From positions 1,922,001-1,986,000 of the forward strand of contig OZ024751.1 in NCBI GenBank assembly GCA_964016885.1: a stretch of 64,000 bases of DNA, given 5' to 3'. Under the pieces are notes generated by a model that worked only from the letters and a program-made list of their open reading frames with translations, ran no database searches and was not told the origin of the DNA. Positions 47,601-59,600 of the stretch are shown here, in pieces (the stretch's first letter is position 1; each line of letters opens with the position of its first letter). Source of the DNA: Eledone cirrhosa (Eukaryota). Both the position numbers and the translations under genes were made by a program.

Positions 47601-50600
47601 GGTGTTGTTTGTGTTACTGTTGTTGGTGTTGGTGGTGTTACTGTTGTTGGTGTTGTTGGTGTTACTGGTGTTGGTGGTGTTGGTCTTACTGTTGTTGGTG
47701 TTGTTAGTGTTACTGTTGTTGGTGTTGCTGGTGTTACTGTTGTTGGTGTTGTTAGTGTTACTGTTGTTGGTGTTGTTTGTGTTACTGTTGTTGGTGTTGG
47801 TGGTGTTACTGTTGTTGGTATTACTGTCGTTGGTGTTGTTGGTGTTACTGTTGTTGGTGTTGTTGGTGTTTCTGTTGTTGGTGGTGTCGGTGTTACTGTT
47901 GTTGGTGTTGTTGGTGTTACTGTTGATGGTGTTGGTGGTGTTACTGTTGTTGGTGTTGTTGGTGTTACTGTTGTTGGTGTTGTTGGTGTTACTGTTGTTG
48001 GTGTTGTTGGTGTTACTGTTGTTGATGGTGTTGGTGTTACTGTTGTTGGTGTTGTTAGTGTTACTGTTGTTGGTGTTGTTGGTGTTACTGTTGTTGGTGT
48101 TGTTAGTGTTACTGTTGTTGGTGTTGTTGGTGTTACTGTTGTTGGTGTTGTTTGTGTTACTGTTGTTGGTGTTGCTAGTATTACTGTTGTTGGTGTTGGT
48201 GGTGTTACTATTGTTGGTGTTATTGGTGTTACTGTTGTTGGTGTTGTTGGTGTTACTGTTGTTGGTGTTGTTGGTGTTACTGTTGTTGGTGTTGTTAGTA
48301 TTAATGTTGTTGGTGTCGTTGGTGTTACTGTTGTTGGTGTTGGTGGTGTTACTGTTGTTGGTGTTGTTGGTGTTACTGTTGTTGGTGTTGTTGGTGTTAC
48401 TGTTGTTGGTGTTATTGGTGTTACTGTTGTTGGTGTTGTTGGTGTTACTGTTGTTGGTGTTGGTGGTGTTACTGTTGTTGGTGTTGTTTGTGTTACTGTT
48501 GTTGGTGTTGTTTGTGTTACTGTTGTTGGTGTTGGTGGTGTTACTGTTGTTGGTGTTGTTGGTGTTACTGTTGTTGGTGTTGTTGGTGTCACTGTTGTTG
48601 GTGTTGTTGGTGTTACTGGTGTTGGTGGTGTTGGTATTACTGTTGTTGGTGTTGTTAGTGTTGTTAGTGTTACTGTTGTTGGTGTTGTTGGTGTTACTGT
48701 TGTTGGTGTTGTTAGTGTTACTGTTGTTGGTGTTGTTTGTGTTACTGTTGTTGGTGTTGGTGGTGTTACTGTTGTTGGTATTACTGTCGTTGGTGTTGTT
48801 GGTGTTACTGTTGTTGGTGTTGTTGGTGTTTCTGTTGTTGGTGGTGTCGGTGTTACTGTTGTTGGTGTTGTTGGTGTTACTGTTGATGGTGTTGGTGGTG
48901 TTACTGTTGTTGGTGTTGTTGGTGTTACTGTTGTTGGTGTTGTTGGTGTTACTGTTGTTGGTGTTGTTGGTGTTACTGTTGTTGATGGTGTTGGTGTTAC
49001 TGTTGTTGGTGTTGTTAGTGTTACTGTTGTTGGTGTTGTTGGTGTTACTGTTGTTGGTGTTGTTAGTGTTACTGTTGTTGGTGTTGTTGGTGTTACTGTT
49101 GTTGGTGTTGTTTGTGTTACTGTTGTTGGTGTTGCTAGTATTACTGTTGTTGGTGTTGGTGGTGTTACTTTTGTTGGTGTTGTTGGTGTTACTGTTGTTG
49201 GTGTTGTTTGTGTTACTGTTGTTGGTGTTGTTTGTGTTACTGTTGTTGGTGTTGGTGGTGTTACTGTTGTTGGTGTTGTTGGTGTTACTGGTGTTGGTGG
49301 TGTTGGTCTTACTGTTGTTGGTGTTGTTAGTGTTACTGTTGTTGGTGTTGCTGGTGTTACTGTTGTTGGTGTTGTTAGTGTTACTGTTGTTGGTGTTGTT
49401 TGTGTTACTGTTGTTGGTGTTGGTGGTGTTACTGTTGTTGGTGTTACTGCTGTTGGTGTTGTTGGTGTTAATGTTGTTGTTGTTGTTGGTGTTTCTGTTG
49501 TTGGTGGTGTTGGTGTTACTGTTGTTGGTGTTGTTGGTGTTACTGTTGTTGGTGTTGGTGGTGTTACTGTTGTTGGTGTTGTTGGTGTTACTGTTGTTGG
49601 TGTTGTTAGTGTTACTGTTGTTGGTGTTGTTGGTGTTACTGTTGTTGGTGTTGTTAGTGTTACTGTTGTTGGTGTTGTTGGTGTTACTGTTGTTGGTGTT
49701 GTTTGTGTTACTGTTGTTGGTGTTGTTGGTGTTACTGTTGTTGGTGTTGTTGGTGTTAGTGTTGTTGGTGTTGTTGGTGTTACTGTTGTTGATGTTATTA
49801 GTGTTAATGTTGTTGGTGTTGTTGGTGTTACTGTTGTTGGTGTTGTTAGTGTTACTGTTGTTGGTGTTGTTATTGTTACTGTTGTTGGTGTTGCTGGTGT
49901 TACTGTTGTTGGTGTTGTTGGTGTTACTGTTGTTGGTGTTGTTGGTGTTACTGTTTTTGGTGTTGTTGGTGTTACTGTTGTTGGTGTTGTTAGTGTTACT
50001 GTTGTTGGTGTTGTTAGTGTTACTGTTGTCGGTGTTGTTGGTTTTACTGTTGTTGGTGTTGTTGGTGTTACTGTTGTTGGTGTTGTTAGTGTTACTGTTG
50101 TTGGTGTTGTTAGTGTTACTGTTGTTGGTGTTGTTGGTGTTACTGTTGTTGGTGTTGTTGGTGTTACTGTTGTTGGTGTTATTAGTGTTACTGTTGTTGG
50201 TGTTGTTTGTGTTACTGTTGTTGGTGTTGTTGGTGTTACTGTTGTTGGTGTTATTGGTGTTACTGTTGTTGGTGTTGTTGGTGTTACTGTTGTTGGCGTT
50301 GTTAGTGTTACTGTTGTTGGTGTAGTTAGTGTTACTGTTGTTGGTGTTGTTGGTGTTACTGTTGTTGGTTTTGTTGGTGTTACTGTTGTTGGTGTTGTTA
50401 GTGTTACCGTTGTTGGTTTTGTTGGTGTTACTGTTGTTGGTGTTGTTTTTGTTGGTGTTGGTGGTGTTGGTGTTACTGTTGATGGTGTTGGTGGTGTTAC
50501 TGTTGTTGGTGTTGTTGGTGTTACTGTTGTTGGTGTTGTTGGTGTTACTGTTGTTGGTGTTGTTGGTGTTACTGTTGTTGATGGTGTTGGTGTTACTGTT

Positions 50601-53600
50601 GTTGGTGTTGTTAGTGTTACTGTTGTTGGTGTTGTTGGTGTTACTGTTGTTGGTGTTGTTAGTGTTACTGTTGTTGGTGTTGTTGGTGTTACTGTTGTTG
50701 GTGTTGTTTGTGTTACTGTTGTTGGTGTTGCTAGTATTACTGTTGTTGGTGTTGGTGGTGTTACTGTTGTTGGTGTTATTGGTGTTACTGTTGTTGGTGT
50801 TGTTGGTGTTACTGTTGTTGGTGTTGTTGGTGTTACTGTTGTTGGTGTTGTTAGTATTAATGTTGTTGGTGTCGTTGGTGTTACTGTTGTTGGTGTTGGT
50901 GGTGTTACTGTTGTTGGTGTTGTTGGTGTTACTGTTGTTGGTGTTGTTGGTGTTACTGTTGTTGGTGTTATTGGTGTTACTGTTGTTGGTGTTGTTGGTG
51001 TTACTGTTGTTGGTGTTGGTGGTGTTACTGTTGTTGGTGTTGTTTGTGTTACTGTTGTTGGTGTTGTTTGTGTTACTGTTGTTGGTGTTGGAGGTGTTAC
51101 TGTTGTTGGTGTTGTTGGTGTTACTGTTGTTGGTGTTGTTGGTGTCACTGTTGTTGGTGTTGTTGGTGTTACTGGTGTTGGTGGTGTTACTGTTGTTGGT
51201 GTTGTTGGTGTTACTGTTGTTGGTGTTATTAGTGTTACTGTTGTTGGTGTTGTTTGTGTTACTGTTGTTGGTGTTGTTGGTGTTACTGTTGTTGGTGTTA
51301 TTGGTGTTACTGTTGTTGGTGTTGTTGGTGTTACTGTTGTTGGCGTTGTTAGTGTTACTGTTGTTGGTGGTGTTAGTGTTACTGTTGTTGGTGTTGTTGG
51401 TGTTACTGTTGTTGGTTTTGTTGGTGTTACTGTTGTTGGTGTTGTTAGTGTTACCGTTGTTGGTTTTGTTGGTGTTACTGTTGTTGGTGTTGTTTTTGTT
51501 GGTGTTGGTGGTGTTGGTGTTACTGTTGATGGTGTTGGTGGTGTTACTGTTGTTGGTGTTGTTGGTGTTACTGTTGTTGGTGTTGTTGGTGTTACTGTTG
51601 TTGGTGTTGTTGGTGTTACTGTTGTTGATGGTGTTGGTGTTACTGTTGTTGGTGTTGTTAGTGTTACTGTTGTTGGTGTTGTTGGTGTTACTGTTGTTGG
51701 TGTTGTTAGTGTTACTGTTGTTGGTGTTGTTGGTGTTACTGTTGTTGGTGTTGTTTGTGTTACTGTTGTTGGTGTTGCTAGTATTACTGTTGTTGGTGTT
51801 GGTGGTGTTACTGTTGTTGGTGTTATTGGTGTTACTGTTGTTGGTGTTGTTGGTGTTACTGTTGTTGGTGTTGTTGGTGTTACTGTTGTTGGTGTTGTTA
51901 GTATTAATGTTGTTGGTGTCGTTGGTGTTACTGTTGTTGGTGTTGGTGGTGTTACTGTTGTTGGTGTTGTTGGTGTTACTGTTGTTGGTGTTGTTGGTGT
52001 TACTGTTGTTGGTGTTATTGGTGTTACTGTTGTTGGTGTTGTTGGTGTTACTGTTGTTGGTGTTGGTGGTGTTACTGTTGTTGGTGTTGTTTGTGTTACT
52101 GTTGTTGGTGTTGTTTGTGTTACTGTTGTTGGTGTTGGAGGTGTTACTGTTGTTGGTGTTGTTGGTGTTACTGTTGTTGGTGTTGTTGGTGTCACTGTTG
52201 TTGGTGTTGTTGGTGTTACTGGTGTTGGTGGTGTTGGTATTACTGTTGTTGGTGTTGTTAGTGTTGTTAGTGTTACTGTTGTTGGTGTTGTTGGTGTTAC
52301 TGTTGTTGGTGTTGTTAGTGTTCCTGTTGTTGGTGTTGTTTGTGTTACTATTTTTGGTGTTGGTGGTGTTACTGTTGTTGGTATTACTGTCGTTGGTGTT
52401 GTTGGTGTTACTGTTGTTGGTGTTGTTGGTGTTTCTGTTGTTGGTGGTGTCGGTGTTACTGTTGTTGGTGTTGTTGGTGTTACTGTTGATGGTGTTGGTG
52501 GTGTTACTGTTGTTGGTGTTGTTGGTGTTACTGTTGTTGGTGTTGTTGGTGTTACTGTTGTTGGTGTTGTTGGTGTTACTGTTGTTGATGGTGTTGGTGT
52601 TACTGTTGTTGGTGTTGTTAGTGTTACTCTTGTTGGTGTTGTTGGTGTTACTGTTGTTGGTGTTGTTAGTGTTACTGTTGTTGGTGTTGTTGGTGTTACT
52701 GTTGTTGGTGTTGTTTGTGTTACTGTTGTTGGTGTTGCTAGTATTACTGTTGTTGGTGTTGGTGGTGTTACTGTTGTTGGTGTTGTTGGTGTTACTGTTG
52801 TTGGTGTTGTTTGTGTTACTGTTGTTGGTGTTGTTTGTGTTACTGTTGTTGGTGTTGGTGGTGTTACTGTTGTTGGTGTTGTTGGTGTTACTGGTGTTGG
52901 TGGTGTTGGTCTTACTGTTGTTGGTGTTGTTAGTGTTACTGTTGTTGGTGTTGCTGGTGTTACTGTTGTTGGTGTTGTTAGTGTTACTGTTGTTGGTGTT
53001 GTTTGTGTTACTGTTGTTGGTGTTGGTGGTGTTACTGTTGTTGGTGTTACTGCTGTTGGTGTTGTTGGTGTTAATGTTGTTGTTGTTGTTGGTGTTTCTG
53101 TTGTTGGTGGTGTTGGTGTTACTGTTGTTGGTGTTGTTGGTGTTACTGTTGTTGGTGTTGGTGGTGTTACTGTTGTTGGTGTTGTTGGTGTTACTGTTGT
53201 TGGTGTTGTTAGTGTTACTGTTGTTGGTGTTGTTGGTGTTACTGTTGTTGGTGTTGTTAGTGTTACTGTTGTTGGTGTTGTTGGTGTTACTGTTGTTGGT
53301 GTTGTTTGTGTTACTGTTGTTGGTGTTGTTGGTGTTACTGTTGTTGGTGTTGTTGGTGTTAGTGTTGTTGGTGTTGTTGGTGTTACTGTTGTTGATGTTA
53401 TTAGTGTTAATGTTGTTGGTGTTGTTGGTGTTACTGTTGTTGGTGTTGTTAGTGTTACTGTTGTTGGTGTTGTTATTGTTACTGTTGTTGGTGTTGCTGG
53501 TGTTACTGTTGTTGGTGTTGTTGGTGTAACTGTTGTTGGTGTTGTTGGTGTTACTGTTGTTGGTGTTGTTGGTGTTACTGTTGTTGGTGTTGTTAGTGTT

Positions 53601-56600
53601 ACTGTTGTTGGTGTTGTTAGTGTTACTGTTGTCGGTGTTGTTGGTTTTACTGTCGTTGGTGTTGTTGGTGTTACTGTTGTTGGTGTTGTTAGTGTTACTG
53701 TTGTTGGTGTTGTTAGTGTTACTGTTGTTGGTGTTGTTGGTGTTACTGTTGTTGGTGTTGTTGGTGTTACTGTTGTTGGTGTTATTAGTGTTACTGTTGT
53801 TGGTGTTGTTTGTGTTACTGTTGTTGGTGTTGTTGGTGTTACTGTTGTTGGTGTTATTGGTGTTACTGTTGTTGGTGTTGTTGGTGTTACTGTTGTTGGC
53901 GTTGTTAGTGTTACTGTTGTTGGTGTTGTTAGTGTTACTGTTGTTGGTGTTGTTGGTGTTACTGTTGTTGGTTTTGTTGGTGTTACTGTTGTTGGTGTTG
54001 TTAGTGTTACCGTTGTTGGTTTTGTTGGTGTTACTGTTGTTGGTGTTGTTTTTGTTGGTGTTGGTGGTGTTGGTGTTACTGTTGTTGGTGTTATTGGTGT
54101 TACGGCTGTTGGTGTTGTTGGTGTTACTGTTGTTGGTGTTGTTAGTGTTACTGTTGTTGGTGTTGTTGGTGTTACTGTTGTTGGTGCTGTTGGTGTTACT
54201 GTTGTTGGTGTTGGTGGTGTTACTGTTGTTGGTGTTATTGGTGTTACTGTTGTTGGTGTTGTTGGTGTTACTGTTGTTGGTGTTGTTGGTGTTACTGTTG
54301 TTGGTGTTGTTAGTATTAATGTTGTTGGTGTCGTTGGTGTTACTGTTGTTGGTGTTGGTGGTGTTACTGTTGTTGGTGTTGTTGGTGTTACTGTTGTTGG
54401 TGTTGTTGGTGTTACTGTTGTTGGTGTTATTGGTGTTACTGTTGTTGGTGTTGTTGGTGTTACTGTTGTTGGTGTTGGTGGTGTTACTGTTGTTGGTGTT
54501 GTTTGTGTTACTGTTGTTGGTGTTGTTTGTGTTACTGTTGTTGGTGTTGGTGGTGTTACTGTTGTTGGTGTTGTTGGTGTTACTGTTGTTGGTGTTGTTG
54601 GTGTCACTGTTGTTGGTGTTGTTGGTGTTACTGGTGTTGGTGGTGTTGGTCTTACTGTTGTTGGTGTTGTTAGTGTTGTTAGTGTTACTGTTGTTGGTGT
54701 TGTTTGTGTTACTGTTGTTGGTGTTGGTGGTGTTACTGTTGTTGGTATTACTGTTGTTGGTGTTGTTGGTGTTACTGTTGTTGGTGTTGTTGGTGTTTCT
54801 GTTGTTGGTGGTGCCGGTGTTACTGTTGTTGGTGTTGTTGGTGTTACTGTTGATGGTGTTGTTGGTGTTAATGTTGTTGGTGTTGTTGGTGTTACTGTTG
54901 TTGATGGTGTTGGTGTTACTGTTGTTGGTGTTGTTAGTGTTACTGTTGTTGGTGTTGTTGGTGTTACTGTTGTTGGTGTTGTTGGTGTTACTGTTGTTGG
55001 TGTTGTTGGTGTTAATGTTGTTGGTGTTGTTGGTGTTACTGTTGTTGATGGTGTTGGTGTTACTGTTGTTGGTGTTGTTAGTGTTACTGTTGTTGGTGTT
55101 GTTGGTGTTACTGTTGTTGGTGTTGTTAGTGTTACTGTTGTTGGTATTGTTGGTGTTACTGTTGTTGGTGTTGTTTGTGTTACTGTTGTTGGTGTTGTTG
55201 GTGTTACTGTTGTTGGTGTTGTTAGTGTTACTGTTGTTGGTGTTGTTGGTGTTACTGTTGTTGGTGTTGTTGGTGTTACTGTTGTTGGTGTTGTTTGTGT
55301 TACTGTTGTTGGTGTTGTTTGTGTTACTGTTGTTGGTGTTACTGTTGTTGGTGTTGTTGGTGTTACTGGTGTTGGTGGTGTTGGTCTTACTGTTGTTGGT
55401 GTTGTTAGTGTTACTGTTGTTGGTCTTGTTGGTGTTACTGTTGTTGGTGTTGTTAGTGTTACTTTTGTTGGTGTTGTTTGTGTTACTGTTGTTGGTGTTG
55501 GTGGTGTTACTGTTGTTGGTGTTACTGCTGTTGGTGTTGTTGGTGTTACTGTTGTTGTTGTTGTTGGTCTTTCTGTTGTTGGTGGTGTTGGTGTTACTGT
55601 TGTTGGTGTTGTTGGTGTTACTGTTGTTGGTGTTGGTGGTGTTACTGTTGTTGGTGTTGTTGGTGTTACTGTTGTTGGTGTTGTCGGTGTTACTGTTGTT
55701 GGTGTTGTTGGTGTTATTGTTGTTGATGGTGTTAGTGTTACTGTTGTTGGTGTTGTTAGTGTTACTGTTGTTGGTGTTGTTGGTGTTACTGTTGTTGGTG
55801 TTGTTAGTGTTACTGTTGTTGGTGTTGTTGGTGTTACTGTTGTTGGTGTTGTTTGTGTTACTGTTGTTGGTGTTGTTGGTGTTACTGTTGTTGGTGTTGT
55901 TGGTGTTAGTGTTGTTGGTGTTGTTGGTGTTACTGTTGTTGATGTTATTAGTGTTAATGTTGTTGGTGTTGTTGGTGTTACTGTTGTTGGTGTTGTTAAT
56001 GTTACTGTTGTTGGTGTTGTTAGTGTTACTATTGTTGGTGTTGTTGGTGTTACTGTTGTTGGTGTTGTTAGTGTTACTGTTGTTGGTGTTGTTATTGTTA
56101 CTGTTGTTGGTGTTGCTGGTGTTACTGTTGTTGGTGTTGTTGGTTTTACTGTTGTTGGTGTTGTTGGTGTTACTGTTGTTGGTGTTGTTGGTGTTACTGT
56201 TGTTGGTGTTGTTAGTGTTACTGTTGTTGGTGTTGTTAGTGTTATTGTTGTCGGTGTTGTTGGTTTTACTGTTGTTGGTGTTGTTGGTGTTACTGTTGTT
56301 GGTGTTGTTAGTGTTACTGTTGTTGGTGTTGTTAGTGTTACTGTTGTTGGTGTTGTTGGTGTTACTGTTGTTGGTGTTGTTGGTGTTACTGTTGTTGGTG
56401 TTATTAGTGTTACTGTTGTTGGTGTTGTTTGTGTTACTGTTGTTGGTGTTGTTGGTGTTACTGTTGTTGGTGTTATTGGTGTTACTGTTGTTGGTGTTGT
56501 TTGTGTTACTGTTGTTGGTGTTGTTGGTGTTACTGTTGTTGGTGTTATTGGTGTTACTGTTGTTGGTGTTGTTGGTGTTACTGTTGTTGGCGTTGTTAGT

Positions 56601-59600
56601 GTTACTGTTGTTGGTGTTGTTAGTGTTACTGTTGTTGGTGTTGTTGGTGTTACTGTTGTTGGTTTTGTTGGTGTTACTGTTGTTGGTGTTGTTAGTGTTA
56701 CCGTTGTTGGTTTTGTTGGTGTTACTGTTGTTGGTGTTACTGTTGTTGGTGTTGTTTTTGTTGGTGTTGGTGGTGTTGGTGTTACTGTTGTTGGTGTTGT
56801 TGGTGTTACGGCTGTTGGTGTTGTTGGTGTTACTGTTGTTGGTGTTGTTAGTGTTACTGTTGTTGGTGTTGTTGGTGTTACTGTTGTTGGTGTTGTTGGT
56901 GTTATTGTTGTTGGTGTTATTAGTGTTACTGTTGTTTGTGTTGTTTGTGTTACTGTTGTGGGTGTTGTTTGTGTTACTGTTGTTGGTGTTATTGGTGTTA
57001 CTGTTGTTGGTGTTGTTGGTGTTACTGTTGTTGGTGTTGCTGGTGTTACTGTTGTTCGTGTTGTTAGTATTAATGTTGTTGGTGTCGTTGGTGTTACTGT
57101 TGTTGGTGTTGGTGGTGTTACTGTTGTTGGTGTTGTTGGTGTTACTGTTGTTGGTGTTGTTGGTGTTACTGTTGTTGGTGTTATTGGTGTTACTGTTGTT
57201 GGTGTTGTTGGTGTTACTGTTGTTGGTGTTGGTGGTGTTACTGTTGTTGGTGTTGTTTTTGTTACTGTTGTTGGTGTTGTTTGTGTTACTGTTGTTGGTG
57301 TTGGTGATGTTACTGTTGTTGGTGTTGTTGGTGTTACTGTTGTTGGTGTTGTTGGTGTCACTGTTGTTGGTGTTGTTGGTGTTACTGGTGTTGGTGGTGT
57401 TGGTCTTACTGTTGTTGGTGTTGTTAGTGTTGTTAGTGTTACTGTTGTTGGTGTTGTTGGTGTTACTGTTGTTGGTGTTGTTAGTGTTACTGTTGTTGGT
57501 GTTGTTTGTGTTACTGTTGTTGGTGTTGGTGGTGTTACTGTTGTTGGTATTACTGTTGTTGGTGTTGTTGGTGTTACTGTTGTTGGTGTTGTTGGTGTTT
57601 CTGTTGTTGGTGGTGTCGGTGTTACTGTTGTTGGTGTTGTTGGTGTTACTGTTGATGGTGTTGGTGGTGTTACTGTTGTTGGTGTTGTTGGTGTTACTGT
57701 TGTTGGTGTTGTTGGTGTTACTGTTGTTGGTGTTGTTGGTGTTACTGTTGTTGATGGTGTTGTTGTTACTGTTGTTGGTGTTGTTAGTGTTACTGTTGTT
57801 GGTGTTGTTGGTGTTACTGTTGTTGGTGTTGTTAGTGTTACTGTTGTTGGTGTTGTTGGTGTTACTGTTGTTGGTGTTGTTTGTGTTACTGTTGTTGGTG
57901 TTGTTAGTGTTACTGTTGTTGGTGTTGTTGGTGTTACTGTTGTTGGTTTTGTTGGTGTTACTGTTGTTGGTGTTGTTAGTGTTACCGTTGTTGGTTTTGT
58001 TGGTGTTACTGTTGTTGGTGTTACTGTTGTTGGTGTTGTTTTTGTTGGTGTTGGTGGTGTTGGTGTTACTGTTGTTGGTGTTGTTGGTGTTACGGCTGTT
58101 GGTGTTGTTGGTGTTACTGTTGTTGGTGTTGTTAGTGTTACTGTTGTTGGTGTTGTTGGTGTTACTGTTGTTGGTGTTGTTGGTGTTATTGTTGTTGGTG
58201 TTATTAGTGTTACTGTTGTTTGTGTTGTTTGTGTTACTGTTGTGGGTGTTGTTTGTGTTAATGTTGTTGGTGTTATTGGTGTTACTGTTGTTGGTGTTGT
58301 TGGTGTTACTGTTGTTGGTGTTGCTGGTGTTACTGTTGTTCGTGTTGTTAGTATTAATGTTGTTGGTGTCGTTGGTGTTACTGTTGTTGGTGTTGGTGGT
58401 GTTACTGTTGTTGGTGTTGTTGGTGTTACTGTTGTTGGTGTTGTTGGTGTTACTGTTGTTGGTGTTATTGGTGTTACTGTTGTTGGTGTTGTTGGTGTTA
58501 CTGTTGTTGGTGTTGGTGGTGTTACTGTTGTTGGTGTTGTTTTTGTTACTGTTGTTGGTGTTGTTTGTGTTACTGTTGTTGGTGTTGGTGATGTTACTGT
58601 TGTTGGTGTTGTTGGTGTTACTGTTGTTGGTGTTGTTGGTGTCACTGTTGTTGGTGTTGTTGGTGTTACTGGTGTTGGTGGTGTTGGTCTTACTGTTGTT
58701 GGTGTTGTTAGTGTTGTTGGTGTTGTTTGTGTTACTGTTGTTGGTGTTGGTGGTGTTACTGTTGTTGGTATTACTGTTGTTGGTGTTGTTGGTGTTACTG
58801 TTGTTGGTGTTGTTGGTGTTTCTGTTGTTGGTGGTGTCGGTGTTACTGTTGTTGGTGTTGTTGGTGTTACTGTTGATGGTGTTGGTGGTGTTACTGTTGT
58901 TGGTGTTGTTGGTGTTACTGTTGTTGGTGTTGTTGGTGTTACTGTTGTTGGTGTTGTTGGTGTTACTGTTGTTGATGGTGTTGTTGTTACTGTTGTTGGT
59001 GTTGTTAGTGTTACTGTTGTTGGTGTTGTTGGTGTTACTGTTGTTGGTGTTGTTAGTGTTACTGTTGTTGGTGTTGTTGGTGTTACTGTTGTTGGTGTTG
59101 TTTGTGTTACTGTTGTTGGTGTTGTTGGTGTTACTGTTGTTGGTGTTGTTGGTGTTACTGTTGTTGGTGTTGTTAGTGTTACTGTTGTTGGTGTTGTTGG
59201 TGTCACTGTTGTTGGTGTTGTTGGTGTTACTGTTGTTGGTGTTGTTGGTGTCACTGTTGTTGGTGTTGTTGGTGTTACTGTTGTTGGTGTTGTTGGTGTT
59301 ACTGTTGTTGGTGTTGTTTGTGTTACTGTTGTTGGTGTTGTTTGTGTTACTGTTGTTGGTGTTGGTGGTGTTACTGCTGTTGGTGTTGTTGGTGTTACTG
59401 GTGTTGGTGGTGTTGGTCTTACTGTTGTTGGTGTTGTTAGTGTTACTGTTGTTGGTCTTGTTGGTGTTACTGTTGTTGGTGTTGTTAGTGTTACTGTTGT
59501 TGGTGTTGTTTGTGTTACTGTTGTTGGTGTTGGTGGTGTTACTGTTGTTGGTGTTACTGCTGTTGGTGTTGTTGGTGTTACTGTTGTTGTTGTTGTTGGT

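Noticed and set aside
5-53529. Plus-strand ORFs encoding poly-Leu/Val, VVGVT and CCWCY repeats (apparent membrane or Cys-rich proteins)
   Set aside because: They are alternative frames of the repeat, start at incidental TTG/GTG/ATG variants and switch V->L->C at each deletion. They have no domain structure.
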